Shown here: piece after piece, positions 1 through 13,333 of the stretch
Position numbering within the stretch: the stretch's first letter is position 1
Layout: each line of letters starts with the position of its first letter
Origin: Heptranchias perlo
Lineage: Eukaryota
Direction of reading: 5' to 3'
NCBI RefSeq assembly: GCF_035084215.1
Contig: NC_090363.1
Location: 11,098,001 to 11,162,000, forward strand
Length of the DNA: 64,000 nt
Translations under genes and position numbers: made by a program
The notes under the pieces: model-generated
Database searches by the model: none
Told to the model about the DNA's origin: nothing
The model's input: only the letters and a program-made list of their open reading frames with translations

Positions 1-3000
1 AGGGAGAACCTGCAAAAAATTACAGAGAAGCGGGCTTCTATCGAGAGTACAATCCTCGAAATCCAGGAGAGGCTCAATGTCCAGGAGACAGCCTTCCTTG
101 CGGTAAGAATCTTCTTCAGCTGCGCCGTCCAAACCCACCACCTCCGCCACCCAGAAGGACAGGGGCATCAGGTGCAATGGGAACAACCATCACCTCCAAG
201 TTCCCATCCCAGTCGCACATTGTCCCGACTTGGACATATGTACATCGCCCATTCCTTCATAGTCCAACTAGAACTCACTATCTAACAGCACTGTGGGAGT
301 ACCTTCACCACATGGAATGCAGAGGTTTAAGAAGGCAGCTCACCGCCACCTTCTCAAGGGGCAACTAGGGTTGGGTAATAAATGCTGGCCTTGCCCTGGA
401 GACTCCAGGAATTAAAGATTAATCTCCTGGACACTGCTACAAGCAAACCTGGGAGAAAAATCATTAGGCCGTTACAAACAATTGTATGTTTTTTTTCATT
501 CTCTTTGAACAATTTTGTTTATTACTTAGAAAGATATTGGAGATGGGACAAAAGGCTGTTTGACCGAGGTGGGGATGTTGGAGGCGGGAGGTCATGTGAT
601 GAAACCTCCAGGAATACATCGAACCAGAGTTGGCAACTCTACTTGCTGGCGACGCCCATATCCCCTGAATGAATTTTGAAACAGGACCGTTACTGTTACG
701 TTGAGGTCAGGGCGGGATTGGTATGCTGTCCTTTCACCTTTGGGACCCCGCTTTGAATCCAGCCCACACTGATGGGATGAAAAGTCTCCTCTCTCAATCA
801 GCTATGGAGGTCCTGAGGGAAATGTGTTTCTTTGTAGCAGTTTCAAAATCTGCTCCACGTGAGTGTGGATCACCACGTAGGAATCGCTAGACGAGAAAAG
901 ACCGAGGTCCATCTAATTCACCTTCCACCATCCTGGTAATCGCCTGATACATTAATGGAGTTGTTGACTAATCGTAGCAATCAATCGCTATCATTTAGTC
1001 TACAACAGACCCAGCCATGAGGCGAGGAAAACCCCCAGTGATGGAGAGTTTTGGGAACCATTGGTCCAAAGTCACCTGTTCCTCCCAAACATGCTGCACT
1101 GACCACATGTCATGTCTCAAACTATTTATATACTGGATCCCCAAAATGTTATTATCTGAAGGAAATCTATCCAATTTTGCAATTGAATGAATCGACACTA
1201 ACTGCTTCTATCATCTCCCTGGGGGAGCCTGTTCCATAGATTGACCACTCGCTCAATGAAATAATGTTTTCCGGAGATTAGTTTTCAAGCAGACAGCAGT
1301 GAGCAAGCCCAGGGCTTTCAACAAATGCTGGGGCTCAGATGGCTCCAGTATTCTGCTTCTACATTTTATGGCTCATCTGCTAGATGTGAGTCGATTACAA
1401 CCCTGTTATTTTCTATATGCAAAATTATAACTTTTCTTTATTCTTTTTATTGCTTTCTGCCTGAAGGATGTTAAATCTCTGATCGAAAGGTAAGTGCTGT
1501 TTCTCGAAGAGTTTCTTTGTATTATCACATCATTTTTTTAAAATCTCACATCATTGTTGTTAATGAATGTTGATCTGCATGATCTTGGAACACAGAGAAC
1601 CTGACCTGCACGAAACCGAGCCAATGTTGACCAGTGACCCCTCCAATTAATAGGGGAGACATTACTGTGTGACACGATAAATCCAAGGACAACTCAAGAG
1701 TGAGCCAAGGGTCTGAGTTGGTTATTGAAGAGAATGGTTTATGGTTAGCCTCAATGTGGAAAATAACGACGCTATGGTTAGTTTCACTACTGCAGTAGAG
1801 TGGGCTATGGCCAGCCTCACTATTGGAGATGAGTAGGTTCTGGTTAGCTTCATAGTGGAGGTGACTGGATTCTGGTTAACCTCCCTATTGGAGATGACCG
1901 AGTTCTAGTTAACCTCACTATTGGAGATTAGTAGGTTCTGGTTAGCTTCATAGTGGAGGTGACTGGATTCTAGTTAACCTCCCTATTGGAGATGACCGAG
2001 TTCTAGTTAACCTCACTATTGGAGATGACTGGGTTCTGGTTAACCTTACTATTGGAGATGAGTAGGTTCTTGTTAACCTCCCTATTGGAGATGACCGAGT
2101 TCTAGTTGACCTCACTGTTGAAGATGACTGGGTTCTAGTTAACCTCCCTATTGGAGGTGACTGGGTTCTAGTTAACCTCCCTATTGGAGATGACTAGGTT
2201 CTGGTTAACCTCACTATTGAAGATGACCAAGTTCTTGTTAACTTCAGTATTGGAGATAAGTCTGACTTGAGTTGTGAAGTCACCGATGAAGGGCTATTTG
2301 GAAGAACATAACTCAGACATATGGATCAGAAGTGGCCACTTTAACTGTCTAGCTTGTCTCATTGTGTAGCTCTATATATTCCCTCAGGCCATGTCTGCCT
2401 TCCTCTTACCCGGTCTGGTCTATATGTGACTACAGTCCTAAAGGTGCTTGACTCTTAACTGCCCTCTGAAGTGGCCTAGCAAGCCACTCAGTTGTATCAA
2501 ACCACTTCTAGTGGTTCAAAAATAAGTCCCACTCAGGGCAACTAGGGATGGGCAATAAATGCCGGCCTCGTCAGCGACACCCACATCCCCAGAATTAATT
2601 AAAAAGAAAACTAGGATTCCAAAACTAGGAGGCCATTCAAGCTTCAATACCCAAGTCGAATATCGGATTCAAAGAGTCCGAGTGGAGGTGCAGTTGGTTC
2701 AGGCTAACCCACTCTCCCTCATAGCTACATGTTTGTCCACGTCCATGTTAATCCATAATCCAAGAATGAGTGGGCACAAGGCTTTGTAAATGCAACATAT
2801 GAAGAGATATCCACCATTAATGGACGAGTTACAAAATCCCACATTCCCATTGGGAAGCTGTGCCTACAGGGAGGGCGAGTGGGAGAATCAGGGCTACAAT
2901 ATCGTGGTTTCATCTCGGAGATGCACGCCCCTTCGAGCTTGGCTTTCCCCATTGGATCATGGAATTGCCCTCTACGTCATGCCTTTGAGATAGCACATTA

Positions 3001-5522
3001 AATGTCCTGGCAATATCCAGTGCTAGAACGTTGTTAACCATAGAATCATAGAATGGTTGCAGCACGGGAGGAGGCCATTCGGCCCATCGAGCCCGTGCCG
3101 GCTCTTTGTAAGATGCACCCGCCTTTTTGTTTTAACGGCCAACGTGTCCAATTTTGACCTTATCTCTGCTGCTGACCTGAAATGTCATGGGCCCATCAGA
3201 CACTTTGGATCCATGGATTCATTCCACACTGGATCTGGGGATCAGGCGTGTGGTACAAAAAAAAGCAGCCATCAATGCCTCAGCTCATTTCACCCTCCCA
3301 TAACCAGCCCGAGCTGTTGCTCATATTTCACCGCACAGGCAGTGAAGGGTAGAAATCCAACTCGGACAAGTATCGCGAAACGGCCGCCTGTTCTACCGCC
3401 ACCCCCCCGCCCAACACCCGATATTCAGTTCCGCTGCGGTGAATGGAACTGGATATCGGGCTGGGCGTAGAACGGGCCGGACGATCCGATATCTCCCGCT
3501 TCCCGCCACCGCCCCGAGACGGATTTCCAACCCGAAGTATTTTCAGATGGAAATTTAAAGGAAGAAGGAAACTGTTTAACTTTCGAAAAAAAAATGCCAT
3601 TCCTCCAAAGGTCCTACATGAAGTTTAAGAAACCAGCGGAGGTTCCTCTCAATCTGCTTCTTGGTGAATTTGCCGGCCCTCTGCAGCTAATCGTGTGGAG
3701 ACGGATGTTAAGTGTCATCAGTCCAGGTAACATAATCTTGCTTGTGGTCAGTGGCATTTATTTATTTCTCCACCAGGTCTAATTATACGGCCCTGATATA
3801 CCAACGGCCATTTTGCCCACTTTACCTGTGTCCCTTGCTGGTCCGTGTGCCCCTGGGGTTTCGTCTCAGGCTTGGTCGGCTGTAGTTGTTGACTGGGCTA
3901 GGATTCAGGGTTCTAGTACTCAGCAGGTCAGGGCAGCAGCTGTGGAGAGAGAAACAGAGTCAACGTTTCAGGTCGATGACCCTGTGTCAGGACTGGAAGA
4001 TGTTCGAGAGGAACAGCTTTTAAGCAAGTACAGAGCCAGGGAAAGAAGGGGCGGGGGCAAGAAAAGAAAAAAGACTTGCATTTATATAGCACCTTTCACA
4101 TCCTCAGGACGTCCCAAAGCGCTTTCAGCCAAGGAAGTACTTTTTGCAATGTAGTTACCGTTGTAATGTAGGAAACGCGGCAGCCAATTTGCGCACAGCA
4201 AGCTCCCACAAACAACAATAATGACCAGATAAAATGTTTTTAGTGATGTTGGCTGAAGGATAATTATTGGCCAGGATACCGGGGAGAACTCCTCAAAATA
4301 GTGCTGTGGGATCGTTTACGTCCACCTGAGAGCAGACGAGGCCCTCGGTTTAAAGTCTCATCCGAAAGACAGCGCTCCCTCAGTACTGGCACTGGGAAGT
4401 GTCAGCCGAGATTATGTCGCACAAGTCTCTGGAGTGAGGCTTGAACCCATGACCTGCTGACTCAGAGGTGAAAGAGTGCGACCCAGTGAGCCAAGGCTGA
4501 CACTTTAAGAGTAAGGTGTCCAATGCTGTCCAAAAGTGTCTAATTAACCGCCAAATGGAGAAGGTGGCAGAGAGGCCGCCATACTTTCCGCTGGGAACAG
4601 GCTGTCTCCCCTCTCCACGCTCCCTCTTCCCCCTCCCCCCCGCTGTATCTGGCCACACAGCGGGTTGTGAATCTTTGGAATTCTCTACCCCAGAGGGCTG
4701 TGGATGCTGAGTTGTTGAGCATATTCAAGGCTGAGATGGATAGATTTTTGGACTCTGGGGGAATCAAGGGATACGGGGATCGGGCAGGAAAGTGGAGTTG
4801 AGGCCGAAGATTGGCCATGATCTGATGGAATGGCGGAGCAGGTTCGAGGGGCCGTGTGGCCTACTCCTGCTCCTATTTCTTATGTTCTTATAAATGGAAG
4901 AGGTTTTAGTGTAAAGGGGGGAATGTAGCAACGTCCATTGAGAGTAATGCCCGTCCTCCTCTCTCTCTCTCTCTCAGTCCCAGCCGCCTTGACCCTGGAA
5001 CCCAACACGGCCCACCCAGAGCTCTCGATCTCCGAAGACCTCCGGAGTGTCCGGCTGAGCGACACGTGGCAGGAGCTGCCCAACAACCCCGAGCGTTTCG
5101 ACGACTGCGTCAGCGTGCTGTCCGCCCAGGGCTTCGACTCGGGGCGGCACTACTGGCAGGTCGAAGTGGGCAGCAAGACTATGTGGGACGTGGGCCTGGC
5201 CAAGGAGTCCATCAGTCGCAAGGGCAACATCATCCTGTCGCCCGAGGACGGGTTCTGGACGGTCTGGCTGCGCAACGGCAATGAGTACGAGGCCCTGTCC
5301 ACCCCCTCGGCCTTCCTTTCCCTCAGGGTGAAGCCCAAGAAGATCGGGGTCTTCTTGGACTACGAGAGGGGCCACATCTCTTTCTACAATGCCGACGACA
5401 TGTCCGTCCTCTACACATTCACTGACACGTTCAACGAGAGACTCTTCCCTTACTTTAGTCCAGGCGAGAGCGACGGAGGGAAAAACGCAGAGCCACTAAC
5501 ACTTTGCCTCCTCCACTTGTAG
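1..5522 (+). CDS. 3' part of a class IV TRIM E3 ligase gene (TRIM39/TRIM69/nuclear factor 7-like): coiled coil plus PRY/SPRY, 5' part outside the window
   Basis: Exons <1-102 ([34 protein letters not shown]|gtaag), 1467-1489 (23 nt, DVKSLIER), 3611-3726 (116 nt, ...[21 protein letters not shown]) and 4978-5522 ([14 protein letters not shown]...[10 protein letters not shown]...IGVFLDYE...LFPYFSP). All GT-AG and phase-compatible; 23/116-nt exons are typical of B30.2 TRIMs. Confidence 0.92.
160..415 (+). mobile_element. 3' end of the same LINE family as 12165-13117
   Basis: aagaaggcagctcaccgccaccttctcaaggggcaactaggg...aataaatgctggcc. Confidence 0.7.
880..1290 (-). mobile_element. old CR1-type 3' fragment
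   Basis: gtggtcaatctatggaacaggctccccagggagatgatagaagca on the - strand is a CR1 ORF2-end signature. Confidence 0.5.
1730..2260. repeat. 33-bp minisatellite in an intron of the + strand TRIM
   Basis: Unit tattggagatgactgggttctggttaacctcac; partial 99-bp higher order. Confidence 0.9.
2400..2600 (+). mobile_element. SINE/LINE-tail fragment (related to 7665-8035)
   Basis: gactcttaactgccctctgaagtggcctagcaagccactcagttgta...gggcaactagggatgggcaataaatgcc shared with 7929-8032. Confidence 0.65.
3347..3532. mobile_element. palindromic MITE (Harbinger/Tourist-like)
   Basis: Ends gggtagaaatcc...ggatttccaaccc; internal inverted repeat cccgatattcagttcc/ggaactggatatcggg. Confidence 0.65.
3915..4060 (-). 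mobile_element. Penelope-like terminal fragment with degenerate hammerhead motif
   Basis: tactcagcaggtcagggcagcagctgtggagagagaaacagagtcaacgtttcaggtcgatgacc resembles elasmobranch PLE ends; - strand reads CTGAcac-agGGTC-atc-GACCt-GAAACGTT. Confidence 0.55.
4070..4505 (-). mobile_element. DeuSINE/SacSINE1-like tRNA-derived SINE
   Basis: - strand tRNA head (tggctcactggg...gggttcaagcc), Deu-like core (tttcggatgagactttaaaccgagg...aggtggacgtaaa), tail gctatataaatgcaagtc. Confidence 0.8.
4655..4890 (+). mobile_element. CR1 3' end
   Basis: gtgaatctttggaattctctacc...ggcctactcctgctcctatttcttatgttctta. Confidence 0.8.
4978..5522 (+). CDS. terminal exon encoding the PRY/SPRY (B30.2) domain of the + strand TRIM
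   Basis: (CT)n-cag acceptor ending at 4977; B30.2 motifs LEP, ERFD, YWQVEV, LDYE; TAG ends at 5522. Confidence 0.95.
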
Positions 5523-6514
5523 AACTTCCAGTTTACCAAAACACTAGACAATTCAGGAGCTGTATATTTTGATACAGTATTTGTGGAAAGATTTTTTTTT
5601 TTGCAACAAAGGTGCAGTTTTGATAACGTCGAACTTTCTGTCGCTGCAATGGGAAGTTTCATGGGACGGTTTCAAGCGATTTTATCCCTGTATTTCTAGG
5701 CTGGCTCGTTTTTTTTTTAATTGTAAAGTTTAAACGCTTCGATGGAGATTTAAGTGCGGACGATCCCTCTCCCCAACTCTTAACTGAGACTGTCGTGTTC
5801 GGCTCTTTGATTCCTGACTTTCATTGCAGGCCTGTTCGGCTGCCCTTTGATGGGCCACTTGGACCTGTTTCTATTTGTTGCACTAATCACCTCTTCCACT
5901 GCCCTCTCGTACCCCCGCCCCCCACCTCACCCCTCTATACCCCCACCGCCACCCCCCCATCCTACCCCACCCTGACATCCCCATCTCCCCCTCCCCCACA
6001 CCCTCCACTCCACCCCCATCCCTACCCCCTTCCCCACCATTATCCCCAACCCCTGACCAGCGGATGTTTATATATCAGTGTAAGAAAGAAATTCTGCTTA
6101 AGAACCTTTATTTGCAACTTAAAGGGTCTTTCCTTATAGCTTATAAGTATATAACAAGAAGAGTCTCTTGCTTTCTTTGATAGGGACTGTAATTAATGAT
6201 AGCTTCGTGTAATGAATAAGTTGGAGTCCGCATTATTTTGTTTGAGTTTAGAAATGTCGTGAGTGAGAATTCTTCTTCTGTTTCCTACGCGCAGTAGACA
6301 TCGTAAGGTCATGTTTCAAAATCCTGTCCCGCACTGCCTGGCTCGCTCAGCACTCCCATCCCGACCTCATCGACCTACATTGGCTCCCTTCACCACCCCC
6401 CTCCCCACCTCCATCCCAGTGCGTTAACTTTAAAATCCATGTCCCTGTTTTCAAACCCCTCCATGACATTACCCAACTCTATCTCGGAAAGCTCCTCCAG
6501 CCCCTGTAAAAAAC

Positions 6515-6885
6515 AGAAAGAACTTGCATTTATATAGCGCCTTTCACGACCTCAGGACGTCCCAAAGCGCTTTGCAGCCAATGAAGTACTTTTTTTTTTA
6601 AGGTGCAGTCACTGCCGTAATGTAGGAAACGCGGCAGCCAATTTGCGCACAGCAAGGTCCCACAAACAGCAATGTGATATTGATTATATAATCTGTTTTT
6701 AGTGATGTTGGTTGAGGGATAAATACTGGCCAGTACACCAGGGAGAACTCCCCTGCTCTTCTTCGCATAGTGCCATGGGATCTTTTTACGTCCACCTGAG
6801 AGGGCAGTTGGGACCTTGGTTTAAGGTCTCATCCGACCGTGCGGCGCTCCCCCAGTATTGCACTGGGAGTGTCAGCCTAGATTTT
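6515..6885 (-). mobile_element. DeuSINE/SacSINE1-like SINE (5' truncated)
   Basis: High similarity to 4070-4505. Confidence 0.8.
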
Positions 6886-6899
6886 CTGATTTTTTTGCT

Positions 6900-7360
6900 T
6901 AGAATTAGGAACATAGGAACAGGAATAGGCCATTCAGCCTCTCGAGCCCGCTCCCCCCATTGAATTAGGTCATGGCTGAACTGCACCTCAACCCCATTTA
7001 GCTCCATATCCCTCGATACAGTTACCGAACAAAACTCTATCTCAGAATGGATCTCAGTCTTGAAAGATCCAATTGTCCCCCAGTATCCACAGTCTTTTGG
7101 GGAAGAGAGTACAAGATTTCTACTCCCCTTTGTGTGAAAAAGAAGTGCTTCTCTGAACAGCCTAACTCTAATTTTAAGATTATGCCCTCTTGTTCTGGAC
7201 ACTCCCTCCCTCCACCAGAGGAAATAGTTTCTCTCTATCCAGCATATCGAATCCTTTTAACACTTTAAACACTTCCATTAGATCACCCCTCAATCTTCTA
7301 TACTCAAGGGAATAAATGCCAAGTTTTGCAGCCTGTCCTCATAATTAAACCCTTTAACAA
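6900..7360 (-). mobile_element. CR1 3' end
   Basis: SRTRGHNLKIR ORF2 terminus and CR1-type 3' UTR. Confidence 0.75.
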
Positions 7361-7664
7361 ATTTATATTTCTTCATTTTCAAAAACTGAGATTCTAATTG
7401 TTTAGCAATGACCAGAATAGCCTTGAAATCACTTTAGTCCTGTTAACAGACAAACACTTAACATGCTTCTATGAAATTCCAGTCTGCCATTTAGCGCGAA
7501 GTGTTAACCCATTTAAAATAAATGGCTTGATGTCTCCGTTCAAATAGCAGAGAGAAATGCCTCACAAATTGCATCAAACATTCATCTGCTGACATCACCA
7601 ATGAAGCAGACATCTCGTTCAAATCCATTTGTCACGTCACGTGATGTGACAATTCAGGCTACAG

Positions 7665-8035
7665 CAGTGTCAGTGGTTAAGTTACTGGGCCAGAAATCCA
7701 AAGGCCTGGACTAATAATTCAGGTCAACATGAGTTCATAATCCCGAGCCAAGGGAATTTGAATTCAGTTTTTTTAAAAAAAATCTGGAAATAAAGGCTGG
7801 TCTCAGTAAAAGTGAATCGTGAAGCTATCGGGATTGTAGTAAAAACCCAACTGGTTCACTTTAGGGAAGGGAACCTGCCGCCCTTACCCAGTCCAGCCTA
7901 AATGTGTCTCCAGTCCCCATGCATGGTTGACTCTTAACTGCGCTCTGAAGTGGCCCAGCGAGCCCCTCAGTTGCATCAAAGAAGAAGGCCCACCACCACC
8001 TTCTCAGGGCAACTAGGGGATGGGCAATAAATGAA
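7665..8035 (+). mobile_element. tRNA-headed SINE with LINE-derived tail
   Basis: A-box-like agtggttaa and B-box-like gagttcataatcc; tail as in 2400-2600. Confidence 0.6.
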
Positions 8036-8602
8036 TTATCGGGGGAGGGGGACTTCGGTCGGAGCTTTGTCCCCTGCGGCTCTGTCACCATGGCGCTGGT
8101 TCAGCGGGAACTCCGCTTAGACGCGCAAACGGGATTTCTGCCGAACCGCGGCGGAGGCGGAGAGCTCGCCAGGAAATCTGGCCACCAGGAGTCGGCTGTG
8201 GTAACTCCTAACCCTGACGTTGCGGATTTTTGTTTTTAAAACCGTTTTCGCTCTTCAGCGCTGACCAGGGGAGAAGGTTTGCACAGCTCGCTGTTTAGAG
8301 AAATTGTAAACCTATTCTTCATTCAGATCTTCACCATTTCATTGTAAACAACAAAACAGTCGACATCTCCCATGCCTTCCCGACCACCCACCCGCCCCCG
8401 ATGGTTCCTGGTCATTTGGCGAGTTTAACGTTGACCATGTGATATTACAGCTGTAAAAGATATTCATATGATTATAGTCTCAAATTATCACTGTCTCTGG
8501 AACAATGTGAACAATGTTTAGGGGAAGGAGAGTTTCTCTGTTAGTAACACTGAACAATATTTATAGCTGTTACAGAATGGAGTGTTAGAAAATTGAATCA
8601 TC

Positions 8603-9417
8603 AGGGTGTGGTATATCACAGTATGTCATGGTGAGGGGTGTGGTATATCACAGTATGTCATGGTGAGGAGTATAGTACATCACAGTATGTCATGGTAAGG
8701 GGTGTGGTATATCACAGTATGTCATGGTGAGGAGTGTGGTATATCACAGTATGTCATGGTGAGGAGTGTGGTATATCACAGTATGTCATGGTGAGGGGTG
8801 TGGTATATCACAGTATGTCATGGTGAGGAGTATAGTACATCACAGTATGTCATGGTGAGGGTTATGGTATATCACAGTATGTCATGGTAAGGGGTGTGGT
8901 ATATCACAGTATGTCATGGTGAGGAGTATAGTACATCACAGTATGTCATGGTGAGGGGTGTGGTATATCACAGTATGTCATGGTGAGGGGTGTGGTATAT
9001 CACAGTATGTCATGGTGAGGGTTATGGTATATCACAGTATGTCATGGTAAGGGGTGTGGTATATCACAGTATGTCATGGTGAGGAGTATAGTACATCACA
9101 GTATGTCATGGTGAGGGTTATGGTATATCACAGTATGTCATGGTAAGGGGTGTGGTATATCACAGTATGTCATGGTGAGGAGTATAGTACATCACAGTAT
9201 GTCATGGTGAGGGTTATGGTATATCACAGTATGTCATGGTGAGGGTTATAGTATATCACAGTATGTGATGGTGAGGGTTATGGTATATCACAGTATGTGA
9301 TGGTGAGGGTTATGGTATATCACAGTATGTGATGGTGAGGGTTATGGTATATCACAGTATGTGATGGTGAGGGTTATGGTATATCACAGTATGTCATGGT
9401 GAGGAGAGTAGTATATC
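8603..9417. repeat. 32-bp minisatellite (~25 units), decayed flank to ~9900
   Basis: Unit ggtatatcacagtatgtcatggtgaggggtgt. Confidence 0.95.
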
Positions 9418-10914
9418 TGTAAAGGTTTCTCTATTCATTTGCTGATAAATGTATTAAATTGATGTTACATATTACAGTCTTATGATGAGTGATGTTGATA
9501 GCAGAACAGTACATTATGTCGGAACAAGTTACATTGGACGATATTATGTATCATTGTACGTGTTAAAAGGAGGTGTATTATTGTCATGGTGATGTGATAT
9601 GGTAAATCAGAGGATGCTGTTGTGAGAGCTGTGGTATATCAAACAATACGATCATGAATTGTGTGGTATATCAATGTGTTATAGCATGTGACTGAATATT
9701 GTAGTGGGGATGTCGTACATCACATGGCTATTGTGAAGGGTGTGGCACTTTACAAAGTGTTACGATGAAAATAATGGTATGTTGGGGGTGTTAAAGCGAG
9801 GCCTATGGTACATTAGAACGTCTTACATTGAAAGTAGTATCAAATCAGTTATAGTCGCTGTTGTGGCATACTGAATTGTGTTGTATAATATATCAGAGGA
9901 TGATATTACTTGAGAAAATGCAGTTGTTGATGTTAGGTAGCGAGCACGTCATATGTTCCTCTGCCTGTTATTTTAAAGCACATGTTAGTTTATTTATTTT
10001 AAATGAAATAACGCTTGTTAAAATAGTGGACAGAGGAATGTCAGTGTGTTAAGTGTTTGCCCATTAATATCACCTACAGTAATTTCTAGGCTTCATTGGG
10101 GAATGCAGCATTTCAGCCACGTGATATAATGTAGAAGAGAGGACTGGCATGATTCAGAATTTCTCCCAAAATCTTTAACATATATTCACTGCAAAAAGTC
10201 AGCTTTTATAAGCAGGTCGAGTCTCCTATGAACCAAAATCTGCATCCTAATGTATGCTGCAAATGAGACCACTTGACACAATTACTCTTCAATTAAAATG
10301 TAATGCACCAGAGTCCATGTGGGATGCCCAACACATTCTTCTGTCCATTCCAAATCATTGTAAATACCACACTGGCAGACTGTTACATTCAGGCTAAAAC
10401 TGACAGCTAGATTTATTTACAGGTAAATCGATTATACAGATGCATAATAACAAAGCAAAATACTAATGGGTACAAATATTGAGAAAGCAATAAAGATCAA
10501 GTCAGCCCACAAGAGTTCAAAAAAAGCTTCTTTGGGACATTATTCTTACAGTCTAATAATCTGCAAGGTTTTTGGAGGAACATTTCTTTTTGTAGACCTC
10601 CAGATGTGATGTTTGTACATTGGTGAGGTGCTAACGTTGCACACCACACTGAGTTCAAGCATCAATTCAAGAAACTGAACCAAACTGAACTAACATTGAG
10701 TAGCTATGGCAGTGCCTTTATGCCAAAAGAAGCCTTTCATGTCACAGCTGTTAACGTTGAGATGTTAGCTGTCTTTGTCACGAAGCTATCTCGTAATGGA
10801 GCAACCACTAGGGATATTGTATTTGTCTAATTCCTCCCAGTCTACAAGCTCACATTCATTAACAAGTCAAAGAAAAACTTGCCCAGCTATCAAACAGACT
10901 CGACCTGATATAAT

Positions 10915-11480
10915 AAACAGAAAATGGTGGAAACAGGCCATTCCGCCCAACTGGTCTATGCCGGTGTTTATGCTCCAGACAAGCCTCCTCCCACCCCTCT
11001 TCATCTAACCCTATCAGCATATCCTTCTATTCCTTTCTCCCTCATGTATTTATCTCGCTTCCCCTTAAATGCATCTATGCTATTCACCTCAATTACTCCA
11101 TGTGGTAGCAAATTCCACATTCTTACCACTCTCTGGGTAAAGAAGTTTCTCCTGAATTCCTTATTGCATTTATTAAGTGGCTACCATATATTTATGACCC
11201 CTAGTTATGGATTTCCTAATAAGTGGAAACATCTTCTCTGCTTCTACCCTATCAAAATCCTTCATAATTTCAAAGACCTCCATCAGGTCACCTCTCAGTC
11301 TTCTCTTTTCTAGAGAAAAGAGCCCCAGCCTGTTCAATCTTTCCTGACAGTTGTAACCTCTAATGTTTTGGTATCACACTTAGAAATCTTTTTTGTATCT
11401 TCTCCAGTGCTTCTATATCGTTTATGTGATATGGAGACCAGAACTGTGCACAGTACTCCAACGTGTGTGCACAGTACTCC
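10915..11480 (-). mobile_element. CR1 3' fragment
   Basis: aacaggctggggctcttttctctagaaaagagaagactgagaggtgacctgatggaggtc on the - strand. Confidence 0.75.
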
Positions 11481-11754
11481 AAGTGCATGCACTGTACTCC
11501 AATTGTACTCTAAATGTGCTAAGTAGTTTCTGAATACAGACAGAGAGAAGCCCAACAGTTAGGTGTATTGGCCACTCCCCTGAGATAAGGACATATGAGG
11601 TCTCTTAAAGATGGACGCAATTTCCAGTCCACAGTTACATAACCTATCAAAAGTCAAATAAGGAAAATATATTACAGATAATCCCTATTTGACCTATTTT
11701 TCCCGATTTGACTCAGGACAAAACTTTGCTTTCATCACAAGGGACCATAGTAAG

Positions 11755-12105
11755 AAAGAAAAGCTTGCATTTATAGAGCGCCATTCACAACCTCAGGACA
11801 TCCCAAAGCGCTTTACAACCAATGAAGTACTTTTGAAAGTGTAGTCACTGTTATAATGTAGGAAACGCGGCAGCCAGTTTGCGCACAGCAAGGTCCCACA
11901 AACAGCAATTTGAAAGTGACCAGATAATTTGTTTTATTGATGTTGGTTGAGGGATAAATATTGGCCAGGACACCAGGGAGAACTCCCCTGCTCTACTTCT
12001 AAATCGTGCCCTGGGATCTTTTACATCCACCTGAGGGGGAAGATGGGGCCTCGGTTTAACATCTTATCTGAAAGACGCCACCTCCGACAGTACAGTTCTT
12101 CCTCA
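11755..12105 (-). mobile_element. DeuSINE/SacSINE1-like SINE (5' truncated)
   Basis: High similarity to 4070-4505. Confidence 0.8.
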
Positions 12106-12164
12106 GTAAAGGGGAAAGTTGGAGTGAAAGGTTGTGCGAAGTTATACACGATGTACTGCAGTGC

Positions 12165-13117
12165 TTTTATTTATTCATTCATGGGATGTGGGCATCGCTG
12201 GCAAGGCCAGCATTTATTGCCCATTCCTAATTGCCCATGAGAAGGTGGTGGTGAGCCGCCTTCTTGAACCACTGTAGTCTGCGTGGTGATGGTAATCCCA
12301 CTGTGCTGTTAGATGGGGAGTTCCAGCATTTTGACCCAGCGACGATGAAGGAACGGTGATATATTTCCAAGTCAGGATGGTGTGTGTCCTGGAGGGGAAC
12401 GTGCAGGTGGTGGTGTTCCCATGTGCCTGCTGCCCTTGTCCTTTTAGGTGATAGCGGTCGTGGGTTTGGGAGGTGCTGTCCAAGAAGCCTTGGTGAGTTG
12501 CTGCAGTGCATCTTGTAGATTGTACACATTGCAGCCACAGTGCACTGGTAAGAAGGGAGTGAATGTTTAGGGTGGTGGATGGGGTACCAATCAAGCGGGC
12601 GGATTTGTCCTAGATTGTGTTGAGCTTTTTGAGTGTTGTTGGAGCTGCACTCATCCAGGCAAGTGGAAAGTATTCCATCACACTCCTGACTTGTGCCTTG
12701 CAGATGATGGAAAGACTTTGGGGAGTCAGGAGGTGAGTCACTCACCACAGAATACCCAGCCTCTGACCTGCTCTTGTAGCCACAGTATTTATGTGGCTGT
12801 ATAGTTAAGTTTCTGGTCAATGTGAATCCCAGGGTGTTATGGTGGGGGATTCGGCGATGGTAATGCCACTGAATGTCAAGGGGAGGTGGTTAGATTCTCT
12901 CTTGTTGGAGATGGTCATTGCCTGGCACTTGTCTGATGCGAATGTTACTTGCCACTTATCAGCCCAAGCCTGGATGTTGTCCAGGTGTGGCTGCATGCGG
13001 GCACAGACTGCTTCATTATCTGAGGGGCTGCAAATGGAACTGAACACTGTGCAATTATCAGCGAACACCCCCACTTCTGACCTTATGTGGGTGGGAAGGT
13101 CATTGATGAAGCAGCTA
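12165..13117 (-). mobile_element. non-LTR retrotransposon (CR1/L2 group): RT C-terminus and 3' UTR
   Basis: FADNCTVF...LDNIQAWADKWQVTF...KCQAMTIS; WNSPSNSTVG...FKKAAHHHLL; tail gggcaataaatgctggcc. Confidence 0.85.
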
Positions 13118-13333
13118 TAGGGCTAGTGGGAGCAGTGCTGTGCACGCCTATCCACTGAATGATTAAGTTTAATGTTAGATTGAAGATTACATCTAGAAAG
13201 ATACCAACCTGTGGCAAGCTCTACATAAACGAGACTGATTTCTGGGGGGTGATCCCATGTTTTTTTGGCAGAATGACATTCTGTAGCTTCACTCCCCAGT
13301 AATCCCACACACTGAGGCCTGGTAAAGGACATT

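Noticed and set aside
4430-4505. tRNA genes (also ~14480-14545, 17265-17335)
   Set aside because: They are tRNA-derived heads of SINEs joined to Deu core and tail.
4974-5375. Antisense and alternative-frame ORFs over the PRY/SPRY exon
   Set aside because: Shadow ORFs of a GC3-rich coding exon.
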